The position numbers were made by a program, and so were the translations under genes. DNA of 64,000 bases from Candidatus Latescibacterota bacterium (GTDB lineage Bacteria > Latescibacterota > UBA2968 > GCA-2709665): NCBI GenBank assembly GCA_965222075.1, contig OZ244937.1, forward strand, positions 1,504,001 to 1,568,000. Direction: 5' to 3'. Positions 39,840-48,594 of this stretch are shown here, piece after piece (the first letter of the stretch is position 1; the number at the start of each line of letters is the position of its first letter). The notes under the pieces are model-generated. The model searched no databases. It was not told the DNA's origin and worked only from the letters and a program-made list of their open reading frames with translations.

Positions 39840-41672
39840 ATGTCCAGCCTCTGGAGATCCGTAAAGCAAGTCTTAGAGTATTATCCAAGATGTATAAAGC
39901 TGACTTGGCAGGCGAACCACCGTTATGCACTCTTAGCATTTATCTTTAGCATCTTCAGTTCTGTTGTACCAGCCGCTCAAGTGTGGATCTCCAAAATTGT
40001 CATTGATACGGTGGTTCAATTCCTTAGCAACACCACGGCAGATATCACAGTAGACTGGTTCAAGCTTCTGTCACCGATTGGAGGCGTCTTAGTCATCTGG
40101 ATGATCGGTGGTATCTGCCAATCTGTGTCAAACACTCTAAACGAACAAATCGGGTTCTACACACGAAATTACTCTCAATACCTGATTTTAAGCAAGGCTT
40201 CTCGATTGGATCTAGCCTTCTTCGAAACACCCAAGTTCTTCGATGAAATGGAAAAGGCCAGGAGTGAGGGATATCGGGCCAACAATCTTGCTGTTCTTTC
40301 CGTGAGAATCATTTCGTCAGCTGTTTCAGTGATATTAATGATTGTCCTTCTTCTCGAAGTTCATTGGGCAACAGCCATCATTCTTCTGGTCACTACCACG
40401 CCTCAAGTGATTGTTGGTGGTTATTACGCGGGAAAGCGTTTCGGTCTTGTAGGTGCTGTGACCAGAGAACGACGGGTGGCGGATTATTTGTCGAGGCTCC
40501 TGGGATCCCGAGATGCCGTAAAGGAAATCCGCCTTTTCGGCCTTCACAGTGAGTTCCTGAGGCGGTTCAATGACTATTGGAGAAAGTTCTCAAAACAGAC
40601 GATCCATCTTCGCTTCGCCCAAGAGCGATCAGCTTTCCTTTTCGGCCTTCTTTCAATGGTAGGTACAGCCTCGATCTGGGCATACGCTGTAATCCGAGCT
40701 GTAGGTGGACATATAACGGTTGGCGACGTTGCACTCGCCTTTCAGGCGGCGGAGCGTGGCAGGTCAGGACTCGATACCCTTTTCCGGAATCTGGGTCAAT
40801 TCTACGAACATACTATCTTTGCGGGGAATCTCTTGCGGTTCCTCGACCTTGACCCTCGTGCCATTCAAGGATCTCTCGCACCGCCACCCGAATCTCCCCG
40901 GCCAATGCCCAAGAAGCTTATCGAAGGAATAGAATTTCGAAATGTGTCATTCCGCTATCCACACTCCGAGCGTGTCGTGCTCAAGAACCTGTCTTTTACC
41001 ATCAGAGCTGGCGAGTCTGTAGCCATTGTTGGGGAAAACGGTGCAGGAAAGACAACGCTCGTAAAACTCCTGGCCCGTTTCTACGATCCTACAGAAGGAA
41101 CCATCTACCTGGATGGCTGTGATCTACGCGAGTATGACTCAGAAGAACTGCGGCGTCATATCGGTATCATCTTCCAGGATTTTGTCCACTACGACTTTTC
41201 TGTCCGTGAAAACATCGGCTTCGGCCAGGTAGAGTTCATCGAAGACCAGAAGCGGATCGCTCGTGCAGCCGACAAGGGAGGTGCAGCCGAACTCGTGCAT
41301 TCTCTTCCTAACGGTTTTGATACCATACTTGGCAGGACATTCGACAAAGGAGTCGACCTTTCGGGCGGAGAGTGGCAAAAGATAGCGCTTAGCAGGGCCT
41401 TTATGCGAGAAGCACAGATATTGATTCTAGATGAACCAACTGCTGCTTTAGATGCGTTAGCTGAATATGAGATTTATGAACGTTTTGCAGATCTGACTGC
41501 CGGTAAGACGACAATATTTATCTCACACAGATTCTCAACAGTTAAAGTAGCCCATCATATTTTGGTTTTACAGGAGGGACGGTTAATCGAAAAAGGTACT
41601 CATGATGAATTAATGCTTTTCGATGGACAATATAAAAAAATGTTCAACGCTCAAGCTGAAAGATATAAGTGA
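39840..41672 (+). CDS. ABC exporter, fused permease + ATPase
   Basis: N-terminal TM helices; GENGAGKT, LSGGEWQ, LILDEPT, ISHR; visibly lower GC than flanks. Confidence 0.93.
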   Translation: MSSLWRSVKQVLEYYPRCIKLTWQANHRYALLAFIFSIFSSVVPAAQVWISKIVIDTVVQFLSNTTADITVDWFKLLSPIGGVLVIWMIGGICQSVSNTLNEQIGFYTRNYSQYLILSKASRLDLAFFETPKFFDEMEKARSEGYRANNLAVLSVRIISSAVSVILMIVLLLEVHWATAIILLVTTTPQVIVGGYYAGKRFGLVGAVTRERRVADYLSRLLGSRDAVKEIRLFGLHSEFLRRFNDYWRKFSKQTIHLRFAQERSAFLFGLLSMVGTASIWAYAVIRAVGGHITVGDVALAFQAAERGRSGLDTLFRNLGQFYEHTIFAGNLLRFLDLDPRAIQGSLAPPPESPRPMPKKLIEGIEFRNVSFRYPHSERVVLKNLSFTIRAGESVAIVGENGAGKTTLVKLLARFYDPTEGTIYLDGCDLREYDSEELRRHIGIIFQDFVHYDFSVRENIGFGQVEFIEDQKRIARAADKGGAAELVHSLPNGFDTILGRTFDKGVDLSGGEWQKIALSRAFMREAQILILDEPTAALDALAEYEIYERFADLTAGKTTIFISHRFSTVKVAHHILVLQEGRLIEKGTHDELMLFDGQYKKMFNAQAERYK

Positions 41673-41754
41673 GGTTAGACCTCAATGGTTAAAGAAATCT
41701 ACAGTTCAGTTAATCATCCCTTTGTAGAACGACTAAAGTTTGGACAGGAATCGG

Positions 41755-41980
41755 CCTATCCAGCCGCGTGCCGCCGCACAACACGTTGTAAGCAATGTTA
41801 AGCACCTGTCTGCCTGCTTGCGCGCTGCGCGCAGGCAAGCGTGCAACGCACAGGCAGGCGTGATCCGACTCATGATAGGACAGATGCACCTTCAACAAGG
41901 ATACCAACGCGTCGATGGTCTTGGCCGGACCCAACTTGGTGACCAGTCGATGCTCCGCCCCCATGCCTCCATAGCTCATC
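41755..41980 (-). mobile_element. IS1380-family transposase remnant
   Basis: YGGMGAEHRLVTKLG..IDA..LLKVHLSYHESDH|VLNIAYNVLCGGTRLD resembles IS1380-type N-terminal region; interrupted by a 54-bp hairpin element. Confidence 0.7.
41805..41858. repeat. Nested palindromic element inserted in frame (54 bp)
   Basis: cctgtctg[same 27-mer]cgtgcaacgcacaggcagg. Removing it restores D-H-V-L. Confidence 0.9.
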
Positions 41981-41983
41981 GTG

Positions 41984-42027
41984 CCTGCCGGCAAGGCAGG
42001 GGCAGGACGCAGGCAGGCGCAGGCAGG
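41984..42027. repeat. Pile-up of CAGGCAGG element arms
   Basis: cctgccggcaaggcagg-ggcagg-acgcaggcagg-cgcaggcagg. Confidence 0.6.
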
Positions 42028-42259
42028 TTGGAGTAGCGAATTCCGTCAGAATCCTGCTATCTCCAACAACGGTAAGCCTTTCCGGTCTTTTAGAACAGAG
42101 AAATCTCATCAATCACGCTTGTTTATGGGCTAGTGCAACTCGGCGAAAATAAACTACCAGTTTGGCCGCAAGTCATTCACCCGGAATTAAGCGATTTCGG
42201 TTCCGGATAACTGATGGGAAACTTCCGCCGAGCACCACTAGTTGATGTCTCCAGCGTTG

Positions 42260-42408
42260 GTGTGCCGGGTACACCCTCCGCTCCAATCTGATAAAAGGCT
42301 CCTTTATCCGCTTCCTCTTCGGTAGGCCGTTCCCAATAGCCGGCTTGAGATCCGGATAACTGATGGGTTTAAGCATCACATGATGTCAAGCGCTATCCCA
42401 ACACGTAC
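42260..42408. repeat. Bipartite dispersed repeat, copy 1 (box A 42260-42286, box B 42380-42408)
   Basis: Box A matches 53684-53710 with 2 mismatches; box B (29 bp) is identical to 53734-53762. Confidence 0.8.
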
Positions 42409-42493
42409 AGCTCATACGCGCCCAGCGTGCTGGCCGAAATGGGCCTGTGGAGTTTCGGCCTGCCCTTTGCCGCGGCCCTGCCCGACGGCGACG

Positions 42494-42559
42494 CTCGAGC
42501 TCCAAGGTCGTTTCCTCACCGAGCCGGATGCGCCGTGCCAACTCATCGTACTCCATCAT
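42494..42559 (-). pseudogene. N-terminal stub of AlbA_2/Schlafen-like ATP-binding protein
   Basis: ATGA overlap with the PHP-ATPase stop; MMEYDELARRIRLGEETTLELE resembles the 'I..GE...LEFK' start of this family. Confidence 0.55.
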
Positions 42560-45282
42560 GGTTCCGATCTCTGCGGGGGCATAATCCGCTGGTAGCGACT
42601 CTCGAATGCCTCACGGCCGCCCTCCATCACGCGACAGATTTCTTCTCGAACCTTCTGTTCCTGAAGGCTGCCCTGACAGGCGATGCGACTTTGGCCCCCG
42701 GCCGACTCAAGCGAGAACACGAGTTCGGCGTCGCCGTGGACGACGATATTGGGATTGTGGGTGACGACGATCACCTGGCGATTGAGCTTCGTTTCCCGCA
42801 GCCGGTGGACCAACAGTTGGTAGATGAGGGTATTGTCCAGATCGTCTTCGGGCTGGTCCAGGATGATCGGCTCGGAACCATAACCCAGAACGAAGGCCAG
42901 GAGCGCGGCGGTTTGCTGCCCCGGCGATCCCTGGGTGAGAGGCCTCCAGTCACTGGCTGAACGCTCTTTGAAACTCACTTCAACATCGTCTTCCGGGAGG
43001 TACAGAGCGAGACGATCGATCCTCTCTGGCGGGACTTTTTTCAGGGCTGTCTCGAAGCGTTGGTCTTTCGTCGGCCAGGAATCCAGCTCTTCCGAAAGAA
43101 GCTGGCGCATCTCTGCAACCACACCATCAAGCTCCTCCCAGCTCCATGACCGATCCTGTTTGGGCTGAATCCTCCGGGCGAGCGCCTGACGGTCGCCTTC
43201 AAAGCGCTCGATGCCGAGAATCCCGATCAAGTCTTTCGCGAGATTCTTGCAGTTCGCGTATTCATCTATTTCAACGCGGATGCTCTCGCCCGATGTCCCC
43301 TTCGAGAAGCTTTTGCGCCTGTCGCTCAGCTCACGGCGTCGCTTGCGGTATTCGGCAAGAATCGCGACGGCCTTGTCCTCCAGTTTCTCCGCTCGCTCTC
43401 TTTCTTTCTCCAGGGCCTCAATTTCTTGCCCGAGCGTGTCCGCCTGTTCCAGCAGATCGCCGTACTCGTTTGGATCGGAAATGCCTTCTTCGGCGAGTTG
43501 GGCGGATGCTTCTTCAAATTCGCGCTTGCTGGCGTCCACTACTGCATGCCATTGGTCGGCATCCGCGCTCGCCTCTATTCCTCCGATATCTCGCCGCGCT
43601 CGCTCGACACTCTCGCGCACGCCTTGCTCAAGGTGTTCCACAGTCAGCCTCAGTGCTTTGTGCGCACGCCTGAGACTCGCCTGGGCCGGATCGTCCTCGA
43701 CCTCAGCCCCGAGGTCGAGATCGGCGACCGAAAGCTTTTCCGCGCTGCGTCCCACCGACTCCACCGCTTGCGACGCCGCCTTTAGAATCGCTCGCCAGGT
43801 ATCGTCCTGCTGACGCCGCTTCCGGTACTTGTTCAGCACCTGCGCTTGTCCGCCTCCTTCGAGAACCTCCAGCTTGCGTCGAACGTCCGCGAGCAACGCT
43901 TTGCGGGCCGGCAACTCGCTTGCCTGAGTAGACGCCGCACGAGACTGGGCGCGCAAAGACAGGTAGCGGTCCCCCATTTGCTCGATAACGCGATTTTGCT
44001 CCGTACCGCGGACAGTTTGGCTATCGTCGATGACGGTGAGCAGAGCGTTCGGATCCTGGGCGAGCGCAAAGAGCTGTTTCTGGCTGTAGATGCGCACCGG
44101 GAAACGCTCGCGGATATTGCCCTCCTGGAGAATCCGTTGCTCTCCATCCAGGCGAGCGATCGGGAGCGCCTCTCCGTCCTGACTCCAGGAGAGAACGAAG
44201 CGCTCGCCGTCCTTGCGGTACACCACTTCGATGCACGTCTCATTCGTCAGCAGTCCTTCCTCCTGGGGCGATGTGGGAACACGCATGCGGCGGTCGAACA
44301 AACTTCGCAACGAGCCTTCTTCGCTGCGGTCGCTGCCGTCGAGTTCCGCTTCCCGGCGGAGCGTCTTACGGCAGAAGTCAATGAGCGTGGATTTGCCGGT
44401 GCCGCGTCCGCCGATGATCGCATTCAGCCACGGGTTGAACGAAACCGTGGTTGGCGACGGCCGACCGATGAATTTGCCCTTGTGAACGGTAATGCTCTCA
44501 ATAGCCAGGGCGGCGTGGGCATTCGGATTGCCTGGCTCTTCCCGGGCAGCCGGCTTGAGGGAAGCCGCGCCATCCAGCAGCGCCAGGCGCAGACCCTCCA
44601 GGTTCGGGCGCGTCATCTTCACCCAGGTGAAGCGCCGGCCCAACTCGTCGGAGTTGTGACCGTCGGAGGCGTGCACCTGCGAGATTCTACGCCTGATCTC
44701 GCCCTTGCTTCCATCAAGCCAGCTTTCGTCGATGCTCCTGTCCGGATCAACCTCGACCGCGGCCAGGTTCCGGTGTCGCAGCACTGCAAGCCGCTGTTGG
44801 CCGCCGTACTGGAGCAGTCCATCGGGTGCGTTGACGTGGGCACCAACGATCAGGGCATTGTCCTCGCACGCGTCTAGAATCTGCTCGATGCCTAACGGGG
44901 AACGAGCAGTCTCGCCACCCCGTTTATCTACGGGAATCTCCACGCTGGAGAGAAGATCGTCGATGTGTTGCTGCGTGCAATCCGGGTCCATCAGCAAGAG
45001 CAGGTGGATGCCGTCACTGGCGGTGATCTCTACCCCGGGGAAGAGACCCGGGGCGTCCTCCACGCCTTTGGCGGCCCGCTGCAGCTCGGAGATGCCCGCG
45101 GCCGTGTTGTGATCGGTGACCGCAGCGGCATTGAGGCCCGCCGTGCGAACCGTCCTCACCCATTGGGTCCAATCGGGGTTCGCCCGATCGTCCTCGGTCC
45201 CAAAATCATGCGACGCCGGGGAATGCGTATGAAGATCAACGCGCCACCAGCGCGCGCCGGGCCAATTCCACGATATGCTCAT
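42556..45282 (-). CDS. PHP phosphoesterase + coiled-coil ABC/SMC-like ATPase (TrlF/Ppl-like)
   Basis: PHP motifs DLHTHS, TDHN, GVE, AHV, SDGH; Walker A GGRGTGKS; SPGQ; IILDQPEDDLD; VTH. Start MSIS follows AGGAGG. Confidence 0.85.
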   Translation of the reverse strand: MSISWNWPGARWWRVDLHTHSPASHDFGTEDDRANPDWTQWVRTVRTAGLNAAAVTDHNTAAGISELQRAAKGVEDAPGLFPGVEITASDGIHLLLLMDPDCTQQHIDDLLSSVEIPVDKRGGETARSPLGIEQILDACEDNALIVGAHVNAPDGLLQYGGQQRLAVLRHRNLAAVEVDPDRSIDESWLDGSKGEIRRRISQVHASDGHNSDELGRRFTWVKMTRPNLEGLRLALLDGAASLKPAAREEPGNPNAHAALAIESITVHKGKFIGRPSPTTVSFNPWLNAIIGGRGTGKSTLIDFCRKTLRREAELDGSDRSEEGSLRSLFDRRMRVPTSPQEEGLLTNETCIEVVYRKDGERFVLSWSQDGEALPIARLDGEQRILQEGNIRERFPVRIYSQKQLFALAQDPNALLTVIDDSQTVRGTEQNRVIEQMGDRYLSLRAQSRAASTQASELPARKALLADVRRKLEVLEGGGQAQVLNKYRKRRQQDDTWRAILKAASQAVESVGRSAEKLSVADLDLGAEVEDDPAQASLRRAHKALRLTVEHLEQGVRESVERARRDIGGIEASADADQWHAVVDASKREFEEASAQLAEEGISDPNEYGDLLEQADTLGQEIEALEKERERAEKLEDKAVAILAEYRKRRRELSDRRKSFSKGTSGESIRVEIDEYANCKNLAKDLIGILGIERFEGDRQALARRIQPKQDRSWSWEELDGVVAEMRQLLSEELDSWPTKDQRFETALKKVPPERIDRLALYLPEDDVEVSFKERSASDWRPLTQGSPGQQTAALLAFVLGYGSEPIILDQPEDDLDNTLIYQLLVHRLRETKLNRQVIVVTHNPNIVVHGDAELVFSLESAGGQSRIACQGSLQEQKVREEICRVMEGGREAFESRYQRIMPPQRSEP

Positions 45283-45415
45283 GTTGTACCTCCTATATCT
45301 CCATCGCCGAACAGCCCACCATTCGTCAGCCACCCGGGCAAGAATCACCCCCAAGGGTGCATCCAGGTGGACAGCGCTTGCCTCAATCCTGTTGTGTCGC
45401 TCGCGTCCAACAAAC

Positions 45416-45508
45416 TTATACAGCGTTTGTACGCCGCTCAAACTCGGCCGCTACCGAGTTGTAAACCCCTCGTGCCTGCGACACCGCCCGTTCGGCGTCG
45501 GCCGCTGT
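45416..45508 (-). pseudogene. Possible C-terminal helix of HEPN-domain protein
   Basis: TAADAERAVSQARGVYNSVAAEFERRTNAV*; no upstream portion present. Confidence 0.35.
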
Positions 45509-45531
45509 GGAACCACATTGGCAATCTTGGG

Positions 45532-45758
45532 CTAACTACCAAACAGTTTTTGACGAACTTCATCTTGAGGCAGTCCAAAATGTTCAGCGACATCGGACAC
45601 TATCGAACTTAGTGTGCCTACATTTACTTGACGATGACACGGGATAGTCACGTTATGCTTCGTCCCTTGAATGGCGGTGGTTAGCGTCATGGTGACTGCC
45701 ACGCTGCCGAATGAGCTGGTTCCGGGACAGTCTCATACCGCGATCACCTCATCCTTTT
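45532..45758 (-). pseudogene. hicA: HicA-type toxin pseudogene preceded by antitoxin tail
   Basis: KDEVIAV* overlaps ATG; MRLSRN[deletion]QLIRQRGSH, +1 frameshift, then MTLTT..HNVTIPCH..VGTLSSIVSDVAEHF..KLFGS*. Confidence 0.75.
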
Positions 45759-45795
45759 CGTTGGGGTGTCGTGGATTCCAACACGTACAGCTCCG

Positions 45796-46578
45796 CTACG
45801 TCCAGGCCTCGCACCCGTCAAAGGGCATGTGCTCACCTTCCACATATCGCGGCCGGGGCACGTACCTGTTCCCCAATTCGGGCACCACTTCGCCCCGGCA
45901 CATGATGCAAGGGCTGCGATCGACCGTAACCCTGGTGCTGGTTGGAATATAGCGCAGGGTGAGCCCCACCCGCCACTGGTTCGACGTATTGGTGTTGGAG
46001 CCGTGGACGATATTGGGGTGATGGATGGAAATATCCCCTGCCCTGAGTTCCACGTCCACGGCGTCGGCCTCGTCGATTTGATCGGGACGCATCCCCACGC
46101 CGAGCACGTACCTGTCGGGATCCAGATCCACCATCTCCGAGCGCTTCAACAGTCGCCGGGTATGCGTCCCCGGCAAGACGCGCATGCAACCGTTCTCCAC
46201 GGTGGAGTCCGTGCCCGCGACCCACAACGTCGTGACCTCCATAGGCTCCAGGGGCCAGTACGAGCCATCCTGATGCCACTGCACGGCCTGCCCGGTGCCG
46301 GGTTTTTTTGCGATATAATGCGCCGCGAACATGGCCACGTTGGGCCCGATGAACTGCGCCGCGATATCAACCAGCCGGTCGTCACAGACCAGGCGGTGCA
46401 TAAACGGATCGTCCACAAGAAGCCCGTGGTGCAATCGCTCGGGCCGTGTTCCCGGATGCTTTTTGACCAGCCAGTGTACGTGCTCGACCGTTTCGGCCGC
46501 CAGCCCCGCGTCAATGGCCCTGCGGGCAATGCAAATGCCTTTCTTGTCGTATTCCTGCCGCAGTAGTGTCGTTTCCAT
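45796..46578 (-). CDS. Phytanoyl-CoA dioxygenase (PhyH) family enzyme, canonical
   Basis: WHQD, ENGCMRVLPGTH, VHGS..N.S..R. Confidence 0.92.
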   Translation of the reverse strand: METTLLRQEYDKKGICIARRAIDAGLAAETVEHVHWLVKKHPGTRPERLHHGLLVDDPFMHRLVCDDRLVDIAAQFIGPNVAMFAAHYIAKKPGTGQAVQWHQDGSYWPLEPMEVTTLWVAGTDSTVENGCMRVLPGTHTRRLLKRSEMVDLDPDRYVLGVGMRPDQIDEADAVDVELRAGDISIHHPNIVHGSNTNTSNQWRVGLTLRYIPTSTRVTVDRSPCIMCRGEVVPELGNRYVPRPRYVEGEHMPFDGCEAWT

Positions 46579-46657
46579 CCGCTCTCTCCAGCTGCGATTT
46601 CATCTTCCCGAAATTTGGGACGCGCAAGAGCGTTCAGGCGCCCTGGTCTGCGTTTCG

Positions 46658-46733
46658 CCTGCCTGTGCCGCTTGCCTGCGCGCAGCGCGCAAGCAGGCAG
46701 ACAGGCAAGCAGGTGCCCGTCACGGCAGACAGG
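46658..46733. repeat. Multiply nested palindromic element (reverse orientation)
   Basis: Contains the reverse complement of the same 27-mer (46671-46697) plus successive cagacagg/caagcagg/cagacagg arms. Confidence 0.85.
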
Positions 46734-46755
46734 CCTCCCCCGCCTTCGGGGCGGG

Positions 46756-46780
46756 GCGGGCGAGACGCCCGCGCTCCCAG
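46756..46780. repeat. REP-like element GGAG-CGCGGGCGTCTCGCCCGC (minus strand)
   Basis: gcgggcgagacgcccgcgctcccag: hairpin plus GGAG tetranucleotide, the layout of RAYT-associated REPs. Confidence 0.6.
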
Positions 46781-46813
46781 GGGGGGTCAAGGTCGCTACG
46801 CAGACGATTTTCC

Positions 46814-46843
46814 TTGACTTTTAACCTGGTAGAAAGATATTAT
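46814..46843 (+). promoter_or_regulatory. Putative sigma70 promoter
   Basis: TTGACT-N18-TATTAT upstream of the mscS-like gene. Confidence 0.4.
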
Positions 46844-46884
46844 GGTGCAATTTTGAGCAACAGGGACCTTTTTTTCAAGAAAGG

Positions 46885-47706
46885 TTGAAACCTGTGTCTT
46901 ACCAACAGCTGATAGCCGAATTAAACGCGCTCGTCCACAATTTAACCCAGCATCTGATAGCGGTCGCGCCCCGGCTGGCGGGCGCTGTGGCCCTGGTGGT
47001 GCTGGGCCTGGTGCTGGCCTATTTGGTCCGTGCTCTGAACCGCCGGCTGATCGCCGGACTGGGCCGCCTCATCCCCAGCCTGCGGCTGCACCGCGGGCGC
47101 TGGGCGGACTTTCAGCACACGGCCGGCCGGGCCGTCGGCCGCGTGCTCTTCTGGATGGTTCTGCTCTTTTTTCTCGCTGCGGCCATCGAAACCCTGGGCA
47201 TGCCCGTGGTCTCGGTGTGGCTCAACGGCATCGTCCTCTACTTGCCCCGACTCCTCGCAGCTGTCCTGATCCTGTTCGCCGGCCTGTTGGGCGCCCATTT
47301 TCTCAAGGACCTTATCGCCTCGACGGGGATCACTTACGCGGCCGCCCTGGGACGTTTGGGGCAGATGGCAGTCCTGATAGTGACCGCTCTCATCGCCGTG
47401 GACCAGGCGGGGTTGAGCGTCGACATTCTGACCAGTGTGCTCCTCCTCTTCCTCGGCAGCTGCCTGCTGGGCAGCGCCCTGACCTTTGCCCTCGGCGCCC
47501 GGACGACCGTGTCCAATATCCTGGCCTCCTACTACCTGCAGAAGACCTACAGAGTAGGCCACCGGGTTCGCGTCGGGGATTTCCGGGGCGAGATCGTCCA
47601 GATAACCGCCACCGCGGTGGTACTGGAGGCCGAGGAGGGTCGGGTCTTGGTGCCGGCGTCGGTCTTTGGCGAACAGACGTCGATTCTGCTGGTAGAGAGG
47701 AAGTGA
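46885..47706 (+). CDS. Small-conductance mechanosensitive channel family protein (TM-helix repeat type)
   Basis: TM helices, YLPRLLAA, SNILA, YRVGHRVRVGDFRGEIVQI. Confidence 0.82.
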   Translation: MKPVSYQQLIAELNALVHNLTQHLIAVAPRLAGAVALVVLGLVLAYLVRALNRRLIAGLGRLIPSLRLHRGRWADFQHTAGRAVGRVLFWMVLLFFLAAAIETLGMPVVSVWLNGIVLYLPRLLAAVLILFAGLLGAHFLKDLIASTGITYAAALGRLGQMAVLIVTALIAVDQAGLSVDILTSVLLLFLGSCLLGSALTFALGARTTVSNILASYYLQKTYRVGHRVRVGDFRGEIVQITATAVVLEAEEGRVLVPASVFGEQTSILLVERK

Positions 47707-47710
47707 ACCG

Positions 47711-48553
47711 ATGGACAATGCCTCGAACCTGATCCAGTGCTTCATCCGCAGCCACGCCTCCGAGGCAGCCCGCGTACTGGAAAACTGTTCAACAGACGAA
47801 CTGGTCCCCTTCTTCGCCCGCACCCCGCCCGAGCTGGCTGCCGCCCTTTTCAACACGATGGAGACGAGTACCTCGGTGGCCTGCCTGGAGCGCATGGCGG
47901 CAGCCCAGGCCGCCGCGGCCCTGGCCCAGGTGCCGTTGGAGCGGGCCGCCATGCTCGTGCGCCGTCTGCAGCCGGAGGCACGGGAGGCCGTCCTGCCCCT
48001 GTTGCCGCCCGACTTCAACAAGCATCTCGAACTCCTGCTGCGCTACCCAGAGGAAACCGCCGGGGCGTTGATGGAGCCCCGGGTCTTCACACTCCCGCCC
48101 GAAATATCGGTCAAAGAGGCGCTCGCCCGTGTGCAGGCCAATCCGGACTACGCTTTGTACTACCTGTATGTGGTGGAGCGGGACCAGACCCTGGCCGGCG
48201 TCCTCAACCTGCGGGAGTTGCTGGCCGGGGGGGAAGGGGCCTCTGTGGCCGCGCTCATGCACCGGGACGTGGTGTGCCTGCGGATGGGCGATTCGCTGGC
48301 TTCGGTGCTGGCCCATCCCGCCTGGCTGGAATTCCATACGCTGCCCGTGCTCGACGAACAGGCTCTGTTTGCCGGGGCTTTGCGCCACAGAACCCTGCGT
48401 CAACTGGCCAGCCGAGCGGACCTCATGGCCCATCCCGGCCAGGCCGGGACGGCCCTGGGAGAACTCTATCGCATTGGCCTGTCGGCGCTGGTCAAAAGCA
48501 CCCTTGGGGTGGACCGCCTCCCATCGCCGATTGCCGATCATGCTGATCAATAG
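47711..48553 (+). CDS. MgtE N-terminal + CBS-pair soluble protein
   Basis: LRYPEETAGALM, YLYVV, LPVLD; no transporter TM domain. Confidence 0.8.
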   Translation: MDNASNLIQCFIRSHASEAARVLENCSTDELVPFFARTPPELAAALFNTMETSTSVACLERMAAAQAAAALAQVPLERAAMLVRRLQPEAREAVLPLLPPDFNKHLELLLRYPEETAGALMEPRVFTLPPEISVKEALARVQANPDYALYYLYVVERDQTLAGVLNLRELLAGGEGASVAALMHRDVVCLRMGDSLASVLAHPAWLEFHTLPVLDEQALFAGALRHRTLRQLASRADLMAHPGQAGTALGELYRIGLSALVKSTLGVDRLPSPIADHADQ

Positions 48554-48594
48554 GCCACCCCCCGGAGCGCATCCAAAAGAATAAGGAGTGAGGA

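Noticed and set aside
42202-42408. CRISPR array or integron attC sites
   Set aside because: Only two copies of each repeat, irregular spacing, and no cas or integron integrase gene.
42420-42493. Sialidase/BNR-like C-terminal fragment (EMGLWSFGLPFAAALPDGD)
   Set aside because: Suggestive but too short to call without a search.
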